Assembly (NCBI GenBank): GCA_937921305.1 | Contig: CAKZSU010000002.1 | Location: 1,711-65,710 of the forward strand | Source of the DNA: an uncultured Patescibacteria group bacterium | Lineage (GTDB): Bacteria; Patescibacteriota; Microgenomatia; UBA10105; UBA927 | DNA: 64,000 bases | Reading direction: 5' to 3' | Shown here: in pieces, positions 62,969-64,000 of the stretch | Position numbering within the stretch: the stretch's first letter is position 1 | How the letters are laid out: every line of letters begins with the position of its first letter | Program-made: the position numbers and the translations under genes | The notes under the pieces: model-generated | Told to the model about the DNA's origin: nothing | What the model saw: the letters and a program-made list of their open reading frames with translations, nothing else | The model's database searches: none

Positions 62969-63641
62969 GCGCTAACAGTCGCGCGTGCATGTCCTCGATC
63001 ATCTTGCCGTTTCCGCATAAATAGATATCGCACGATTGAAGATCGGATTCTTCTTGAAAGACATAGTCCTGCACGTGTCCCACTCTTCCTGCCCACGATC
63101 CACGCGGTTGAGAAAGGACTGGCTTAAACACAAACGAAGAGTATCGCGAAGATAACTCAACAAACCGATCCTGCCAAAACAGATCTTCTTCATGCCGAAG
63201 ACCGAAATAAAGAACTGACGGCTTCATGATCTCGGTAGGAAGAAATTCTTCCAACGCAGACTTAAACGGCGCCACACCAGTTCCAGTCGCAACAAATAGC
63301 GCCTTTCTTGGACTTTCCACATCATATAAAAACACGCCAAGCGGTCCCATAAACTCCACTGGATCGCCCACTTGCCGCGCGAGCAACCATTGACCCCCAG
63401 GTCCCATCGGAGACACATCCCAACACAGCGTCAACTCATGGTTTTCTCGAGGAGGAGACGCAAGAGACATCGAGCGATTAATCCCCGGCGCGATATAGAT
63501 CATAATTGTATGCCCTGCACAGTAAGTCATGACAGGAGGATCAACAAGCGTTAACCGCGCTTCGTATACTTTAGAAGATATTTTTTCTTTTTTCGACAAA
63601 ATGGCTTTATATCGAGACGGTTTTATGGATATACGAGACAT
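62922..63641 (-). CDS. FNR-like oxidoreductase (FAD/NAD(P)-binding, FR-type)
   Basis: RSMSLAS FAD-binding motif. FVATGTGVAPFKS NAD(P)-binding motif. C-terminal Cys-containing CDIYLCGNGKM. Confidence 0.6.
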   Translation of the reverse strand: MSRISIKPSRYKAILSKKEKISSKVYEARLTLVDPPVMTYCAGHTIMIYIAPGINRSMSLASPPRENHELTLCWDVSPMGPGGQWLLARQVGDPVEFMGPLGVFLYDVESPRKALFVATGTGVAPFKSALEEFLPTEIMKPSVLYFGLRHEEDLFWQDRFVELSSRYSSFVFKPVLSQPRGSWAGRVGHVQDYVFQEESDLQSCDIYLCGNGKMIEDMHARLLAHGVPEQQIKKELFFK

Positions 63642-63814
63642 AGAGAATACTTATTATAGCTTACGAAAAGTAGACAAATCTAGCCTTGCGAAAACAATTG
63701 AACTGTCGCCATCCATTGAATGCCAAGCCGTTTCATCATGGCAAAACACATGCAATCCATACAAGAAAAATCGTTCTAATCGTTTTCAAACCATACCCAC
63801 GCATGATGTATATG

Positions 63815-64000
63815 TTAATTATTATCTTGGTCCCCTAACCATTTCTGAACATCCAAAGCAGCCATGCAGCCAAACCCGGCGGCGGTAATCGCTTGCTTAT
63901 ACCGCGTGTCATGCACATCGCCGGCGGTGAAAATGCCGGGAATATTCGTCTTTGTAAAGTAAAGAAGATTGCCATGCTCATCACGTTCTTCAAACCGCTT
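63815..64000 (-). CDS. trxB: thioredoxin-disulfide reductase, C-terminal fragment (gene continues beyond window end)
   Basis: Minus-strand translation gives ...[42 protein letters not shown]. This matches the TrxB C-terminus (GLFAAGDV...YRQAIT.AG.GCMAALDAE.YL). Confidence 0.7.
   Translation of the reverse strand, partial: KRFEERDEHGNLLYFTKTNIPGIFTAGDVHDTRYKQAITAAGFGCMAALDVQKWLGDQDNN

Overview
This 64 kb window looks like a small-genome, moderately AT-rich bacterium, possibly a CPR/Patescibacteria-like lineage; that taxonomic impression is inference only. It is dominated by cell-envelope glycosylation genes. Region ~8.8-20.5 kb encodes a nucleotide-sugar modification cluster. It includes glucose-1-phosphate cytidylyltransferase, a 4,6-dehydratase-like SDR, an RmlD-like reductase, a DegT-family aminotransferase, a GNAT acetyltransferase, a split transketolase, an ATP-grasp enzyme, a HAD hydrolase and two GT2 glycosyltransferases. 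One of the GT2 enzymes is a GtrB/CsbB/ArnC-like polyprenyl-phosphate sugar transferase. Regions ~21-29.7 kb and ~38.5-44.3 kb carry at least seven large polytopic membrane proteins with the hallmarks of GT-C fold glycosyltransferases (ArnT/PMT/YfhO-like). One of these has a C-terminal NPCBM-like carbohydrate-binding domain. Region ~44.3-50.9 kb adds two methyltransferases, a GT4 enzyme, a HAD phosphatase-like protein, a UbiA-family prenyltransferase resembling decaprenyl-phosphate phosphoribosyltransferase (DPPR synthase), acetate kinase and a GR2-type flavoenzyme. Housekeeping genes are also present. These are a PfkB kinase, OMP decarboxylase, a RibA-like protein with an unexplained N-terminal extension, Rho, radA with a PIN/TRAM yacL-like gene, rpsA, a class I aminotransferase, murI, gdhA, an FNR-like reductase and a partial trxB. 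A 23S-5S rRNA unit on the minus strand is preceded by tRNA-Ala(UGC) but has no adjacent 16S gene. Its 23S carries roughly 100-nt insertions at classical intervening-sequence positions. Two further tRNA-Ala genes lie at ~30.0-30.3 kb. A block of large secreted hypothetical proteins (31.5-36.7 kb), a frameshifted deoxynucleoside kinase and a 1.1 kb ORF-free AT-rich region are also flagged. No CRISPR array, transposase or integrase was recognised.
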